A DNA stretch of 64,000 bases from an uncultured Gemmatimonadales bacterium (GCA_963707505.1 CAVPQB010000006.1:128001-192000); one strand, 5' to 3'. Shown: positions 47,144-57,853, counted from the stretch's first letter. Numbers and translations: made by a program. Notes: generated by a model from the sequence alone, not told the origin.

Positions 47144-48297
47144 TTCGCCCCCCTTCCCCGTAGAAATCTGATCTCGATTCCACCGTTTTTTGTTTCGAAC
47201 ACTTGTTCTAGAGGTATTTCCAACTGCCGGTCGAGCTCCGAACCAGCCGATAGAATCCCCAGGCTCCAGCCTCCGAACGAGGTTTGCATCATCGATCCAA
47301 GTCGCGCGTAAAGGTTTCGAACGTCCGTTCCAACGCGCACTCCGTAGGGTGGATTGGTGATGAGCCACCCTGTTCGCTCATCACTTGGACTCGCCGCCGA
47401 CAAGGGCTGTTGCACGATCTGGACGTCGCCACCGACTTCGGCACGCACTGCGTTCGACATGGCAGCTTCTATGGCCCCAGGATCTCGGTCTGAGGCAACT
47501 ATGCTGGCCGCGGCCGAATCCGCCACGCCGGCCAGCGCATCGTCGCGCAGCGCCCCCCAACCCGTACGATCGAAGCCGGGCCATCGCTCGAATCGGAATT
47601 CCCGATTTATTCCGGGCGCCATGTTCCGCGCAATCAGAGCGGCCTCTATCGCGATGGTCCCCGAGCCGCACAGCGGATCGACCAACGGCTCCCCGCGAAC
47701 CCATCCGCTCGACAGCAGCATCGCGGCGGCCAGGGTCTCCCGCATCGGCGCCTTGGCTGTCGCCTGGCGATAGCCACGCTTGTGCAGCAGCGCCCCTGAG
47801 CTGTCGGCGCTCACCGTGACAGTGTCATGGTCGATCCGCACGACGAACAACTGCTCGCCGACACTCGCCTCGCGCGATGCAGGCTCCTGGTCATCGGTTT
47901 CCGCATTTCCGGCAAACGCGCATCCTGTTGCCGCAGCGATGCTCTCGCCCAGTCTCTGCGCCACTGCGTCGCTGTGGTACAGAGCCGACTTGTGACAGGT
48001 CACCCTGAATCGGGCACGGTCTCGCGCACGAACGAAGCGTCCCCACGGTACTGCCTTCGCCCGCCGCTCCAGCTCCGCAAAAGAACCGGCATGAAATCTG
48101 GAAACGCGCATCAGCACCCGCGTGGCTGTACGCAGCCACAAATTGGCACGGTACAGATCCCGCATCGTGCCACGCCATGCAACACCGCCATGCGTTTCAC
48201 TTCCGGAACGCACACCAAGGCCAGCGAGCTCCGAAGCCGTGATGTGCTCCAGGCCCGGCGCGGTGACTAAATAGAGATCGGAAGATGAATCAGCCAT
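47140..48297 (-). CDS. THUMP-domain RNA methyltransferase (RlmL-like m2G)
   Basis: PGLE, ANLWLRTA.RV, DSSG..LHKRGYR, APMRETLAAAML, DPLCGSGTIAIEAA, TNPPYG. Confidence 0.92.
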   Translation of the reverse strand: MADSSSDLYLVTAPGLEHITASELAGLGVRSGSETHGGVAWRGTMRDLYRANLWLRTATRVLMRVSRFHAGSFAELERRAKAVPWGRFVRARDRARFRVTCHKSALYHSDAVAQRLGESIAAATGCAFAGNAETDDQEPASREASVGEQLFVVRIDHDTVTVSADSSGALLHKRGYRQATAKAPMRETLAAAMLLSSGWVRGEPLVDPLCGSGTIAIEAALIARNMAPGINREFRFERWPGFDRTGWGALRDDALAGVADSAAASIVASDRDPGAIEAAMSNAVRAEVGGDVQIVQQPLSAASPSDERTGWLITNPPYGVRVGTDVRNLYARLGSMMQTSFGGWSLGILSAGSELDRQLEIPLEQVFETKNGGIEIRFLRGRGAK

Positions 48298-48336
48298 ATA
48301 TTTTCGCTTCGTGACATTACGCATCCCCGCCTACGA

Positions 48337-50070
48337 GTGACAGTGCCACCGGCAACTTCAACGCGCCATCATTACGTACTTGGCATTACGGCGGCTCTTG
48401 CGGTGGGCTACGTCGCCCTCGCCTTCTTTCGGCACTCAGCTCCGATTCAGCGGTTGCGACGTCTGGGTGGCGATCGCACGGCGGCGATCGTTCCGCGCAT
48501 GCTCGCCATACTCACCTTTGTCGCTGGCGCGCTGCTGCTGTTCTCGGGCGCCACACCTGCGATCGCTGAACGGTTGCGATGGCTGAGCATGTGGATTCCG
48601 CTCCCGGTCGTCGAGCTGTCCCACTTCATGGACAACCTCGCCGGCGTGATGCTGCTCATCCTGGCACGCGGCGTCGAGCGGCGGCTGGACGTTGCGTACC
48701 ACCTCACGATCGGGATGCTCGTCGCGGGAATCATACTATCACTGCTCCGCGCACTCGACATAGAGCAGGCACTGGTTCTCTCGCTGATGCTGGCCGCCTT
48801 CCTTCCAAGCCGCAAGTATTTCTATCGTCGCAGCTCGCTGATCGAAGAGCGTTTCTCGGCGTCATGGGTTGCAGCGATTCTGCTCGTGACGCTCGGATCG
48901 ATTGCGCTGGGGATCGTGTCGTACGCGAATCTTCACATATCGACCGCAACCTTCTTCCGTTTCTCGAGACGCGCGCAAGCTGCGCGCTTCCTGCGCGCAA
49001 GTGCCGGCGTTCTGGCAACGCTGATCGTGTTCGCGGTGCTGCGCCTTCTGCGGACTGCACGCAAGCCAGTTCCTCGCCCAACCCAGGCCGACCTGCGTGA
49101 CGCGCACGCGATCGTCGCGAACTATCCGCAAGCGGCGGCGCAGCTCGCATTTCTGGGTGACAAGTCGCTCCTGTTCAATGAGCAACGCACTGGATTCATC
49201 ATGTTCGGTGTGCACGGACGCAGCTGGGTTTCACTCGGCGATCCGATCTGCCCGCCTTCCGACGCACCTGAGCTCATTCGTTCGTTCATCCGTCTTGCGG
49301 ATCATAACGGTGGGTGGCCCGTGTTCTACAAGGTCGCTCCGACACTCCTGTATCTGTACCTCGATCACGGCCTCAACGTCGTCAAGCTCGGCGAGGAGGC
49401 ACGCGTCTCGCTCACAGATTTTTCTCTGGAAGGATCCAGCAGAAAAAACCTGCGCCGCGTATGGCGCAAGATCGTGGACGACGGATACAAGTTCGAAATC
49501 GTTCAACCAGCTGACGTACCACCCATTCTTCCCGAACTGCGCGCCGTTTCCGACGAATGGATCAGAAAGAAGCAGACACGGGAGAAGTCGTTTTCGATGG
49601 GCTCCTTCAGCGACGATTACATGGTGCGCTACCCGGTTGCGGTCGCGCGGAAGGACGGACGTATCGTTGCCTTCTCCAACGCCTGGATTTCCGGGGAGAA
49701 GGAAGAGATCGAAGCTGATCTCATGCGCTACACCGCTGACGCGCCGCCTGGCATCATGCGCTTCGTTCTGATCGAGATGATGCTCTGGGCGCGCGGTGAG
49801 GGTTTCCGCTGGTTCAACCTCGGGATGGCATCGCTCAGCGGACTCAGCGTTCACCGCGGCGCACCTATCTGGAACCGGCTTGCGGTTGCCATACGCGGGT
49901 ACGGAGAGCGATTCTACAACTTTCAGGGAATCAGGGAATTCAAGCAGTGGTTCCACCCCGAGTGGGATCCGATCTTCCTCGCAAGTGCCGGCGGTGCCAC
50001 ACGGCCGGTCATTCTCGCCAACATTGCATCGCTCATCTCGGGCGACCTGCAGGGAGTCATTCAGAAGTAA
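48337..50070 (+). CDS. MprF/LpiA-like aminoacyl-phosphatidylglycerol synthase lacking the N-terminal flippase
   Basis: LLLFSGATP, ELSHF, LAFLGDK, LGDP, KLGEEA, EK.FSMG.F, DLMRY, FNLGMA.LSG, FYNFQG.R.FK..F.P.W; only 577 aa. Confidence 0.88.
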   Translation: MTVPPATSTRHHYVLGITAALAVGYVALAFFRHSAPIQRLRRLGGDRTAAIVPRMLAILTFVAGALLLFSGATPAIAERLRWLSMWIPLPVVELSHFMDNLAGVMLLILARGVERRLDVAYHLTIGMLVAGIILSLLRALDIEQALVLSLMLAAFLPSRKYFYRRSSLIEERFSASWVAAILLVTLGSIALGIVSYANLHISTATFFRFSRRAQAARFLRASAGVLATLIVFAVLRLLRTARKPVPRPTQADLRDAHAIVANYPQAAAQLAFLGDKSLLFNEQRTGFIMFGVHGRSWVSLGDPICPPSDAPELIRSFIRLADHNGGWPVFYKVAPTLLYLYLDHGLNVVKLGEEARVSLTDFSLEGSSRKNLRRVWRKIVDDGYKFEIVQPADVPPILPELRAVSDEWIRKKQTREKSFSMGSFSDDYMVRYPVAVARKDGRIVAFSNAWISGEKEEIEADLMRYTADAPPGIMRFVLIEMMLWARGEGFRWFNLGMASLSGLSVHRGAPIWNRLAVAIRGYGERFYNFQGIREFKQWFHPEWDPIFLASAGGATRPVILANIASLISGDLQGVIQK

Positions 50071-50072
50071 CG

Positions 50073-52022
50073 ATGCGCAACGCAAAGCTCGCAATTGCTC
50101 TGATCGTCGTCGCGTCGATCGTACGTCTCGCACTCGCCGCATCCATTCCGCTGCTACCCGATGAGACGTACTACTGGGACTGGAGCCGCCACATCGCCGC
50201 TGGATATTTCGATCATCCACCAGCCGTCGCGCTCCTGATCCGCTCCGGCACCGCAATCTTCGGACAGACCGCGCTTGGCGTTCGGTTCGGCGCCATTCTG
50301 GCCGGCGCGGTCGCTTCGATCGCGGTCGTCGTGATGTCCTGGCGGCTGAGCGCTCACGCAACTCGCGACGACGACAACGACAAAGACATTGCCGGAGCCA
50401 CGAATGCATTCGATGATCCCGGTGTCCGCGCAGCGTTGCTGATGCTGGTGATACCCGGCGCCCTCGTCGGATTCGTACTTGCGACACCGGACGCTCCTCT
50501 GCTTGCTGCAATCGCGCTTACGCTCGCCGCGCTCGAACGAGCCATCGCATCACCGCCGAAATCCGCCGCGTCACTCGGCTGGTGGTGCGCGGCGGGTGTG
50601 ACACTCGGTGTCGCCTTCTGCTCCAAATTCACATCGGTATTGATTCCTGCGGGCGTGTTCGTCGCACTGCTATCGCGACGCGACCTGCGCAGGCGACTGG
50701 CCGGACCAGGCCCGTACCTCGCAACATTGCTCGCGCTGACCGTGCTGGCACCGACACTCGTCTGGAATTCTCACAACGGCTGGATCTCCTTCGTATTCCA
50801 GCTGCACCACGGATTTACACAGGCACGCGGCTCGATCATCAGCCGAGAAGCCGGACTGGTTGCCGGACAGCTCGGAATCGTTTCACCAATCATAGCTGTG
50901 ATGGCAGCGTTTGCCGTTGCGCGCAATCTGCGCCGTATGACTGACGAGCGCCGTTTCATGTTTGCTGTCATCGCAACGACCGTCGCTGTATTTTTTGTGG
51001 TCAGTGCAATCCGACGGCCAGTCGAGCCCAACTGGCCCGTTCCGGCACTCGTCGCGGCACTCCCGTTGCTCGCGACGATGCGACTGAGCCGCGCGGCCCG
51101 TGCATGGCTGATCGCCGGCTCTGTGCTCGGTGCTGCGTGTACGCTGGTGGTCGCTGCGCAGGCCGCCGCACGCGTGATCGATGTTCCACCACGCAGGGAT
51201 CCCATATCGAAAGCGTATGGTTGGCCCGACCTCGCCCGCGCGGTGCAACAGGCAGAGTCCGCGAATCGAATCTGCACCGCAACCTGGATCGCGGCCGACC
51301 GATATCAGGATGCGTCCGAGCTCGCGTTCAACCTGCCCAACAATCCGCGCGTCTTCTCGCTCAACCTCGGCGGCAGAGCCAATCAATACAATCTCTGGCC
51401 CAGCATTTATTCAGTCGCGAGCCATACGGATTGCGCGGTCATAGCCGTGGATGAGGGAGCCGCTGGGGAACGCATCGTGCGGAAAATCGGCGCGGATAGT
51501 GCAGCGCTGGTCGGCCACGCTGTAATGCGCTGGCGCGGGATCCCGGTCGGACGACGAGCGATCTGGCTCGTTCGCGGACTGCCCAACGCGCAACCGATCG
51601 AAGTTGCGCTCAGTCCCGCTGCCAATGCTGCACTGGAATCAGCGACTGCGACCTTCCCTATACATAAGACAATCCTGGATTCCATAGTTGCCGTGTACCG
51701 ACTGGCGCCTGGTCCGGACGTAGTTACCACGACGGCAGCGACACCCGTAACGAGCAAGGACCGGCGCGTTGCGATCTCGGCGCGAATCGACTCGCTTCAC
51801 AGCCTGTTACAGCGCGGCGGGTTCAGGGCCGTGTACAGAGACGCACGCTATCACGAGTGCACCTTCGTCAGATCGACCGAGCCGGATAGCACCGACGTCG
51901 GCTATGTGCACGCGCCGGACGGCTGCAAACTGGCTACTGGCCTTGGCGATCGTGTACTGAGGATCGAGCACGCAGAGGGGTCCTGGTATTCATACGCGTC
52001 GCCGGAGCGCCGGCCCAACTGA
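50073..52022 (+). CDS. Glycosyltransferase family 39 (ArnT/PMT-like) with an extra C-terminal domain
   Basis: PDETYYWDWSRH...GYFDHPP, TPDAPL, SKFT, WNSHNGWISF.FQ, NWP, RYQ.ASELAF. Confidence 0.9.
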   Translation: MRNAKLAIALIVVASIVRLALAASIPLLPDETYYWDWSRHIAAGYFDHPPAVALLIRSGTAIFGQTALGVRFGAILAGAVASIAVVVMSWRLSAHATRDDDNDKDIAGATNAFDDPGVRAALLMLVIPGALVGFVLATPDAPLLAAIALTLAALERAIASPPKSAASLGWWCAAGVTLGVAFCSKFTSVLIPAGVFVALLSRRDLRRRLAGPGPYLATLLALTVLAPTLVWNSHNGWISFVFQLHHGFTQARGSIISREAGLVAGQLGIVSPIIAVMAAFAVARNLRRMTDERRFMFAVIATTVAVFFVVSAIRRPVEPNWPVPALVAALPLLATMRLSRAARAWLIAGSVLGAACTLVVAAQAAARVIDVPPRRDPISKAYGWPDLARAVQQAESANRICTATWIAADRYQDASELAFNLPNNPRVFSLNLGGRANQYNLWPSIYSVASHTDCAVIAVDEGAAGERIVRKIGADSAALVGHAVMRWRGIPVGRRAIWLVRGLPNAQPIEVALSPAANAALESATATFPIHKTILDSIVAVYRLAPGPDVVTTTAATPVTSKDRRVAISARIDSLHSLLQRGGFRAVYRDARYHECTFVRSTEPDSTDVGYVHAPDGCKLATGLGDRVLRIEHAEGSWYSYASPERRPN

Positions 52023-52118
52023 AATGGCCGCGAATTCAGGGCGGGATGTACGGGATTGACTGAATGATCCCGGCGTGGCCACTCCCGCGGAATGGATCCT
52101 GCCTTGCATGCGGATTGC

Positions 52119-53621
52119 ATGACGAACAAGACCGCTGCGGCCGGCAAACGGCCTGAAGCCCGATCCCTGCTGTCCGAGAGATTCGGTCATCCGAATTTCC
52201 GGCCCGGCCAGTGGGAACCAATCAACGCGCTCCTCTCCGGGCGTGACACGCTCGTCGTAATGCCCACGGGTAGCGGCAAGTCGGTGATCTACCAACTCCC
52301 CGCCCTGCTGACACCGGGCCTTACCCTTGTCGTAAGCCCGCTCATTGCACTGATGAAGGATCAGCACGACAAGATGGACGCAATAGGCGTCGACTCGGTG
52401 TCGTTGCACTCGCATCTTTCGTCCGCCGAAAACAGAGAGGCCCGCCGACAGATCGCGGATGGCGAGGGCGAGATCCTTTACGTCACGCCAGAACGTTTCA
52501 AGGATCGTGATTTTTTCGAGCAACTGCTTCAGCGCCAGATTTCACTCTTCGTCGTCGACGAAGCGCATTGCGTGTCGCAGTGGGGCCACGACTTCCGTCC
52601 CGATTACCTGACGCTTGGCTCGATAGCGCAACGTGTTGGCCGGCCACCGATCCTGGCCCTCACGGCGACAGCGACGCAGATCGTCCGCGACGACATCATT
52701 CGCCAGCTCGGGATGCGTGATCCATATCTGACCGTCACCGGTTTCGCGCGGCCGAACCTTCGCTTTCAGGTAGTGCGCGCCGTCAACGACAATCTCAAGG
52801 ATCGGATAGTCGAGAACCTCCTGAATGACACGCCCGGATCTGGCGTCATTTACGCCGCAACCGTCAAGGAGGCAGCCCGTCTGCACAAACAGCTCTCCGA
52901 GAAATTTGCGGATCAGTTGCAGATCGGACTGTATCATGGCAAGATGGCGGCGGCAGAGCGCCGTGACACCCAGGACCGCTTCATGAGCGGCCAACTCAAA
53001 GCGATAGTGGCGACCAACGCATTCGGGCTCGGCGTCGACAAGCAGGATCTGCGTTTCGTGATTCACTACCACTTTCCCGGTTCGATCGAGTCCTACTACC
53101 AGGAGGCCGGTCGAGCTGGTCGCGATGGAGAGCCGGCGACGTGCACACTTCTGTACCGCGTCGAGGACAGACGCATCCAGTCGTACTTCCTCGGCGGCAA
53201 GTATCCCGAGGTTTCCGAAGCAGCGCGCGTGGCGATTGCGCTCGAGAAATATCCCGCCGAAACGCTGGTATCGCTTGACGACCTGGTAGACGTGACCGAA
53301 GTTGCCACGCGCAAGGTGAAGATAGTTCTCGCGCTGCTCAAGAAACATGGACTGGCACGCGAACATCGCGGCAACCACTGGCAGCGTCTTCGCGACAACC
53401 TCACGTCGATCGACCTGAGCGCCGATCTCACTGATTATGAGGAGCGGCGCGCCAGAGATCAGGAACAGCTCAATACCATAGTCCAGTTCTGCCAGACCAC
53501 CGGGTGCCGGACACGGTTCATCCTCGAGCACTTCGGGGAGGCTGTAGAGCCGGACTGGACCTGCGGCAATTGTGATGCCTGCGACCAACTCGCGGAGTGG
53601 GAACGCCGGCGAACGGCGTAG
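52119..53621 (+). CDS. recQ: RecQ family ATP-dependent DNA helicase (short form, no HRDC)
   Basis: [68 protein letters not shown]......FGE....CGNCD.C. Confidence 0.93.
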   Translation: MTNKTAAAGKRPEARSLLSERFGHPNFRPGQWEPINALLSGRDTLVVMPTGSGKSVIYQLPALLTPGLTLVVSPLIALMKDQHDKMDAIGVDSVSLHSHLSSAENREARRQIADGEGEILYVTPERFKDRDFFEQLLQRQISLFVVDEAHCVSQWGHDFRPDYLTLGSIAQRVGRPPILALTATATQIVRDDIIRQLGMRDPYLTVTGFARPNLRFQVVRAVNDNLKDRIVENLLNDTPGSGVIYAATVKEAARLHKQLSEKFADQLQIGLYHGKMAAAERRDTQDRFMSGQLKAIVATNAFGLGVDKQDLRFVIHYHFPGSIESYYQEAGRAGRDGEPATCTLLYRVEDRRIQSYFLGGKYPEVSEAARVAIALEKYPAETLVSLDDLVDVTEVATRKVKIVLALLKKHGLAREHRGNHWQRLRDNLTSIDLSADLTDYEERRARDQEQLNTIVQFCQTTGCRTRFILEHFGEAVEPDWTCGNCDACDQLAEWERRRTA

Positions 53622-53660
53622 CGACGCACCCTCCAGCCAAAGTGCGGTAATTTTATCGCC

Positions 53661-54605
53661 ATGTCGATCTCGCCCATCGTAAAGCAACTGGCACAACGCA
53701 CCCGTCTGCTTTTCATAATTTTTCTCACCGCGTGGCTCGTCCCGCAGTTCGTCGACTTCCCACAAAAATACGAAGCGCGAATCGACCGCGCCCTGGAAGC
53801 GGTCGCGATCATCGCGTTGTTTTTGCAGATCGGGATCTGGATCAACGTTCTGGTCAACTACTGGGCCCGCTCCTACGTCCAGCGCCACGAGCACGATCGC
53901 GCAGACGCAACGACGATCAAGGCGATCTCCGTTCTGATCAGGGTAACGCTGTGGGTCATACTTGCGGTCATAACGCTCGAAGAGGGATTCCGACAGAACG
54001 TCACCGCGCTCGTAGCCGGACTGGGCGTTGGTGGTATCGCAATCGCATTTGCACTCCAGAACGTGCTCGGTGATATCTTCGCAGCAATGTCGATCGTTAC
54101 CGACAAGCCGTTCGTGATCGGCGATTCGATTCAGGTCGACACGTTTTCAGGGAAGGTCGAGCATATCGGCCTCAAATCGACGCGAGTGCGCTCGGATACC
54201 GGCGAGCAGATAGTCTTCGGGAACAGTGATCTGCTCAAGGGGCGTATTCGCAATTTCGGACGAATGGAAGAACGGCAGGCAGTCGTGCTGACCCGTGTCG
54301 CGGGTAACACACCCCCCGACAAGCTGACGCTCGTTCCGAAAATCATGCGAGAAGTAATCGAGAGCATTCCCAATGCGCGCTTTGTTCGCGCCGCAATGAC
54401 TACGCTGGGCGACACTACCATCGACTTCACGTCGGTCTACTACCTCACAGACCCCGCGTACCAGGTCTATGTGGACTCACAGCAAGCGGTAATGTTGGAG
54501 CTGATGCGGCGCCTATCTGCTGAAGGCATCCTGCTCAGCGTCCAGCTCGAGGCCGCGGTAAAGGAGAAAGCGGCAAGCCTCAACGTCGCGGGAGCACCGG
54601 CGTAA
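53661..54605 (+). CDS. Small-conductance mechanosensitive channel (MscS family)
   Basis: ALVAGLGVGGIAIAFALQ, DKPF.IGD, G.VE.IGLKST.VR. Confidence 0.93.
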   Translation: MSISPIVKQLAQRTRLLFIIFLTAWLVPQFVDFPQKYEARIDRALEAVAIIALFLQIGIWINVLVNYWARSYVQRHEHDRADATTIKAISVLIRVTLWVILAVITLEEGFRQNVTALVAGLGVGGIAIAFALQNVLGDIFAAMSIVTDKPFVIGDSIQVDTFSGKVEHIGLKSTRVRSDTGEQIVFGNSDLLKGRIRNFGRMEERQAVVLTRVAGNTPPDKLTLVPKIMREVIESIPNARFVRAAMTTLGDTTIDFTSVYYLTDPAYQVYVDSQQAVMLELMRRLSAEGILLSVQLEAAVKEKAASLNVAGAPA

Positions 54606-54606
54606 T

Positions 54607-55083
54607 TCACACCGCTGATGACTGCTGCTCCGATATTGTAGCCGATGCTGCAGCGCGCTTCAGACGCGCGACCATTGCATTCAGGCCAACCTCGCGCGCA
54701 TTGAGACCCATTCCCTCCATGAGGATCGGCACGAAGTCGTGCGGGATTGCGAGCGTGACTGACGGAGGTTGATCGTTCACCGCCGCGAATACGATGGCCA
54801 GAACTGCCGCGACCGTCGGTGATTGACGCACATTGACGTCTGCGTAGAAGTGCATCTTGCCGTCATGCACTTCAGGAAATATGTCGACCCGTGTCTGACA
54901 CTCCGGTACGATGAACGCGGCACGATCTACATCAGCGTACCGCTCCGGAACCGGCTCCAGTTTGCGCGAATACTGCACCAACGCCTGCATCTTGTCTGCG
55001 CGATCCATCGCACGGAATCGCCGCAACACCCGCTCGATCGCGTCCGGAAGATGCTCGCCCGCCTGCTTCTCAGCCTCGCCCAA
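54607..55083 (-). CDS. SufE family sulfur-acceptor protein
   Basis: DKMQAL..YSRKL, VPECQT.V (acceptor Cys), FYAD, R..GL.AM. Confidence 0.88.
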   Translation of the reverse strand: MGEAEKQAGEHLPDAIERVLRRFRAMDRADKMQALVQYSRKLEPVPERYADVDRAAFIVPECQTRVDIFPEVHDGKMHFYADVNVRQSPTVAAVLAIVFAAVNDQPPSVTLAIPHDFVPILMEGMGLNAREVGLNAMVARLKRAAASATISEQQSSAV

Positions 55084-55085
55084 TG

Positions 55086-56357
55086 TTATTTCCCCTCGCC
55101 AATCCCGCTCTTTGAGACGAGCTGCGCCGCAAGCACTGTCTGAATAACGCTCGTGATATTATTGGTAGCCCCGTCCGCAGCACTCGTGCCGTCACTCGAA
55201 ATATTGATCAACCGCGCCGTGGCGAGCGCACTGGCGATGACGGGTGCCACTTGCGGCAACAGCTCGATCTGACGATAACGGAAGTAGCTCTCGCCACCTG
55301 CCTGAATCGCCGCGTTCACCTTGGCGATGCTTTCGGCATTCGCGGTGGCGACGCGAGTTATCCGAATGGATTCGGCGTCGGCCGCTGCCTCCGCCTCTAT
55401 CTTCACGCGCTCGGCGTCTGCTCGCGCCTGCGCAATCTGCGTTGCCTCCAGCTCGGATGTGCGCTGCACGGCAAGCGCATCCTGCTTGAGCGCTTCGGCC
55501 TGCGCGATGAGTGCAGCGTTGGACGCCTTGGTCTGCTCCAGCTCGCGCTGTTTATCGGAGATCACGCGCTCTGCTTCGAGCTGCGCTTCCTTCGCACGAC
55601 GCGCCTGCTGCGCGGAAACAATGTCGGCGTTAGCCTGCGCTTCCGCGGCCGACTGTCTGCGACGCGCGTCAGCGACCTCGGATTGCACGACCTTGATGTT
55701 GAGAGAATTGAACCCAAGTCCAAGATCCGTCAGCTCTCGCGAACAGGCTTTCCGAATGATGACGGCCAGTGGGTCGTCATCATCGTCTGCTGACTGAACC
55801 GTGGATACCGAAATCTGATTCGCCGACGATGGAACCATCATTGCCGTGCTGGCCACCTCTGCTCCCGACTGCAATGCGATCGCGCGCGGAACAGTCTTGG
55901 CTGAGAAAAGCTGATCGTGCGTGAGCAGATTGATTGCCCGCCGGCCCGAGCTCGACAGCAGATCGGTAATCGTGCTCATCTGATCCGCCTCCGGCTTCGC
56001 GAAAAAGCGGTTCGCCGCGGTCTTGATCATTGCATCGGTTTCACCAACCGAGACGATCGCGCTCGCCAATACGCGAACTTTGATAGGTTGCGGATGGCCG
56101 TTCTCATCCACATCCGCTGTCTGGTCCGTGATGTCGAGATCCACGTTGATCACCTTGCTCGACAACGTGGTACCCGTGGTCAACAGCGGGATTTCCTTCG
56201 ACTTCCCCGGACCGCGGTAGATCACCGTGCCACCGCCGGTCCAGCTCACCAACCGTATCGTGCCGGCTTCGACGTTACGTAGAAATGACGCGACGATCGT
56301 CGGAATCAGGATCAGCACGATGAATACGACGCCGACGATCAGAAGCAGTGATTGCAT
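55086..56357 (-). CDS. Flotillin/SPFH domain protein
   Basis: N-terminal TM, SPFH-like region (ASAIVSVG...AANRFF, ELTDLGLGFNSLNIK), AEA-rich coiled coil. Confidence 0.85.
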   Translation of the reverse strand: MQSLLLIVGVVFIVLILIPTIVASFLRNVEAGTIRLVSWTGGGTVIYRGPGKSKEIPLLTTGTTLSSKVINVDLDITDQTADVDENGHPQPIKVRVLASAIVSVGETDAMIKTAANRFFAKPEADQMSTITDLLSSSGRRAINLLTHDQLFSAKTVPRAIALQSGAEVASTAMMVPSSANQISVSTVQSADDDDDPLAVIIRKACSRELTDLGLGFNSLNIKVVQSEVADARRRQSAAEAQANADIVSAQQARRAKEAQLEAERVISDKQRELEQTKASNAALIAQAEALKQDALAVQRTSELEATQIAQARADAERVKIEAEAAADAESIRITRVATANAESIAKVNAAIQAGGESYFRYRQIELLPQVAPVIASALATARLINISSDGTSAADGATNNITSVIQTVLAAQLVSKSGIGEGK

Positions 56358-56417
56358 GGTCAGATGGTCCCTGTAAGTTGTTTGAGTTGCCGCATGCGCC
56401 AGTCGAGCGTTGTCTGA

Positions 56418-57089
56418 CTATCTGGCGCCATGTCCGACATACGAAACCGTGCAACGACTGCGTGCGGCATCCACTTGTTCCACACGCAACACATCACCGG
56501 CGCGAACCCGCACGCCGAGCGCAAGATCGTCCTCGCGTAGCGTGCCGAGACATTGAACGATCTGGCCGTCGACTTCAACGGCCACCAACCCCTGCCCGTT
56601 GTCGTCGAAGCCGCTTGCTGCACGAGCTTCGCTCAGCAGGCTGCCTTCGAGCGTCGTTGCAGGATTGGATGCAAAACGAAAGAGAAAGCGCCATAACGGC
56701 GCGACGAGCGCACGCTCGAACACGACGGCGCCAAGTAACGCGACGGCGAGCAGCAGCACACCGCTCAACAGCGGCCGCGCGACAACTCCCGTGAGCCCAA
56801 AGCCCACCAGCAAGCTGAACAGAACCCGTGGAGATGCGAGCGACAGTAATGCGGATTTGAACCCGCCCGCGTGATGCGCCGCCGCGTGATGCGCCGCCGC
56901 GTGGGCTGCGAGGTGCGCGCCGGCCGTATGGCCGCTATGCATCACGCCGTCGCCGTGCTGCAGGTGCGCGTGGCCGCCGGAATCATGGCCAGCCGCACCT
57001 TCGTGCGAGCCGGAATGCGCGAGGCCAGTCGCCGCCATTGCCACCAGGCCGGCACCGCCAAGCGCGAGCGCGAAGGTATAGGAATCCAT
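56418..57089 (-). CDS. NfeD-like (YuaF-type) membrane protein with His-rich linker
   Basis: Three TMs, SPR.LFS..VGFG..G, C-terminal OB-like GQGLVAVEVDGQ, directly upstream of flotillin. Confidence 0.75.
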   Translation of the reverse strand: MDSYTFALALGGAGLVAMAATGLAHSGSHEGAAGHDSGGHAHLQHGDGVMHSGHTAGAHLAAHAAAHHAAAHHAGGFKSALLSLASPRVLFSLLVGFGLTGVVARPLLSGVLLLAVALLGAVVFERALVAPLWRFLFRFASNPATTLEGSLLSEARAASGFDDNGQGLVAVEVDGQIVQCLGTLREDDLALGVRVRAGDVLRVEQVDAARSRCTVSYVGHGAR

Positions 57090-57175
57090 GTGGTCCTACT
57101 TGAATATACGCGGCGCGAGTAATGGAGGGCGGCGAGAGTTGCTCCCCCGCCCCCCGTTACTGCACGCGGCGGCCG

Positions 57176-57757
57176 TCACTTCGTCGGTGCGTTCCCGCCT
57201 ACCATCGATGCGATGCGCGCTTCGAGCGAACCCGTAGTGGAACACACCACGGGAGCCGTCCCAAACGCCATCGGCGTCGCTGTCGCCTGGATCAGAGTTG
57301 CGACCTCGGTACCATTCTCGGACGTCGGACTCAGACGTGACACCACACTCATGTTGATCGAATAGACGTCCGCGTTCGCACTGCCGCTGCCGCCGGAGCC
57401 GCAGTCCAGATATTGCGACAGACGCTGATTCGCCAGCGTATGACTCCGCTTCATCCCCTCATTGCCAAGCACGTGCGCATCGGGCTGAACCGTCGTCAGG
57501 GGTATGCCGAGATCGGAATACACCTTCGATAAACGTGTCCATGCATCCGCGATCGGAACCTGTACCGTGGTCCGCTGTGCTACCTTGAATTGGGGAACGG
57601 TCGCCATGCGATCTCCGCTCTGCGTATTGCTTTCCTGAATGGAAGGCCCGCTGGACACACCACCGCTGAGCGGCGCACTGCTGGATGCACAGCTGGCCAG
57701 TAGGGCAACCCCGGCAAACGACAACGACCGTGAGTAGCGTCGCGCTGCTTGGTACAT
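57176..57757 (-). CDS. Hypothetical lipoprotein
   Basis: GAGGAG SD, lipobox LAS-C, LSQYLDCG...C.TTG.LE. Confidence 0.75.
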   Translation of the reverse strand: MYQAARRYSRSLSFAGVALLASCASSSAPLSGGVSSGPSIQESNTQSGDRMATVPQFKVAQRTTVQVPIADAWTRLSKVYSDLGIPLTTVQPDAHVLGNEGMKRSHTLANQRLSQYLDCGSGGSGSANADVYSINMSVVSRLSPTSENGTEVATLIQATATPMAFGTAPVVCSTTGSLEARIASMVGGNAPTK

Positions 57758-57853
57758 GGCGATCTCCTCGATCCAAGGTGAGTCGCAAATGTACGCCTGC
57801 ATACCGAATATGGGAACCGCCGTGACGCTCGCCTGGCGCCGGCTTACAGCAGA

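Noticed and set aside
40507..53894. Long antisense ORFs (40507-41619, 42522-43451, 49231-50511, 52542-53894)
   Set aside because: Shadow frames of well-supported genes in GC-rich DNA; Arg-rich and motif-free
57785..57798. Sigma54-like box upstream of the 57176-57757 lipoprotein
   Set aside because: GG-to-GC spacing is 9 nt rather than the obligatory 10
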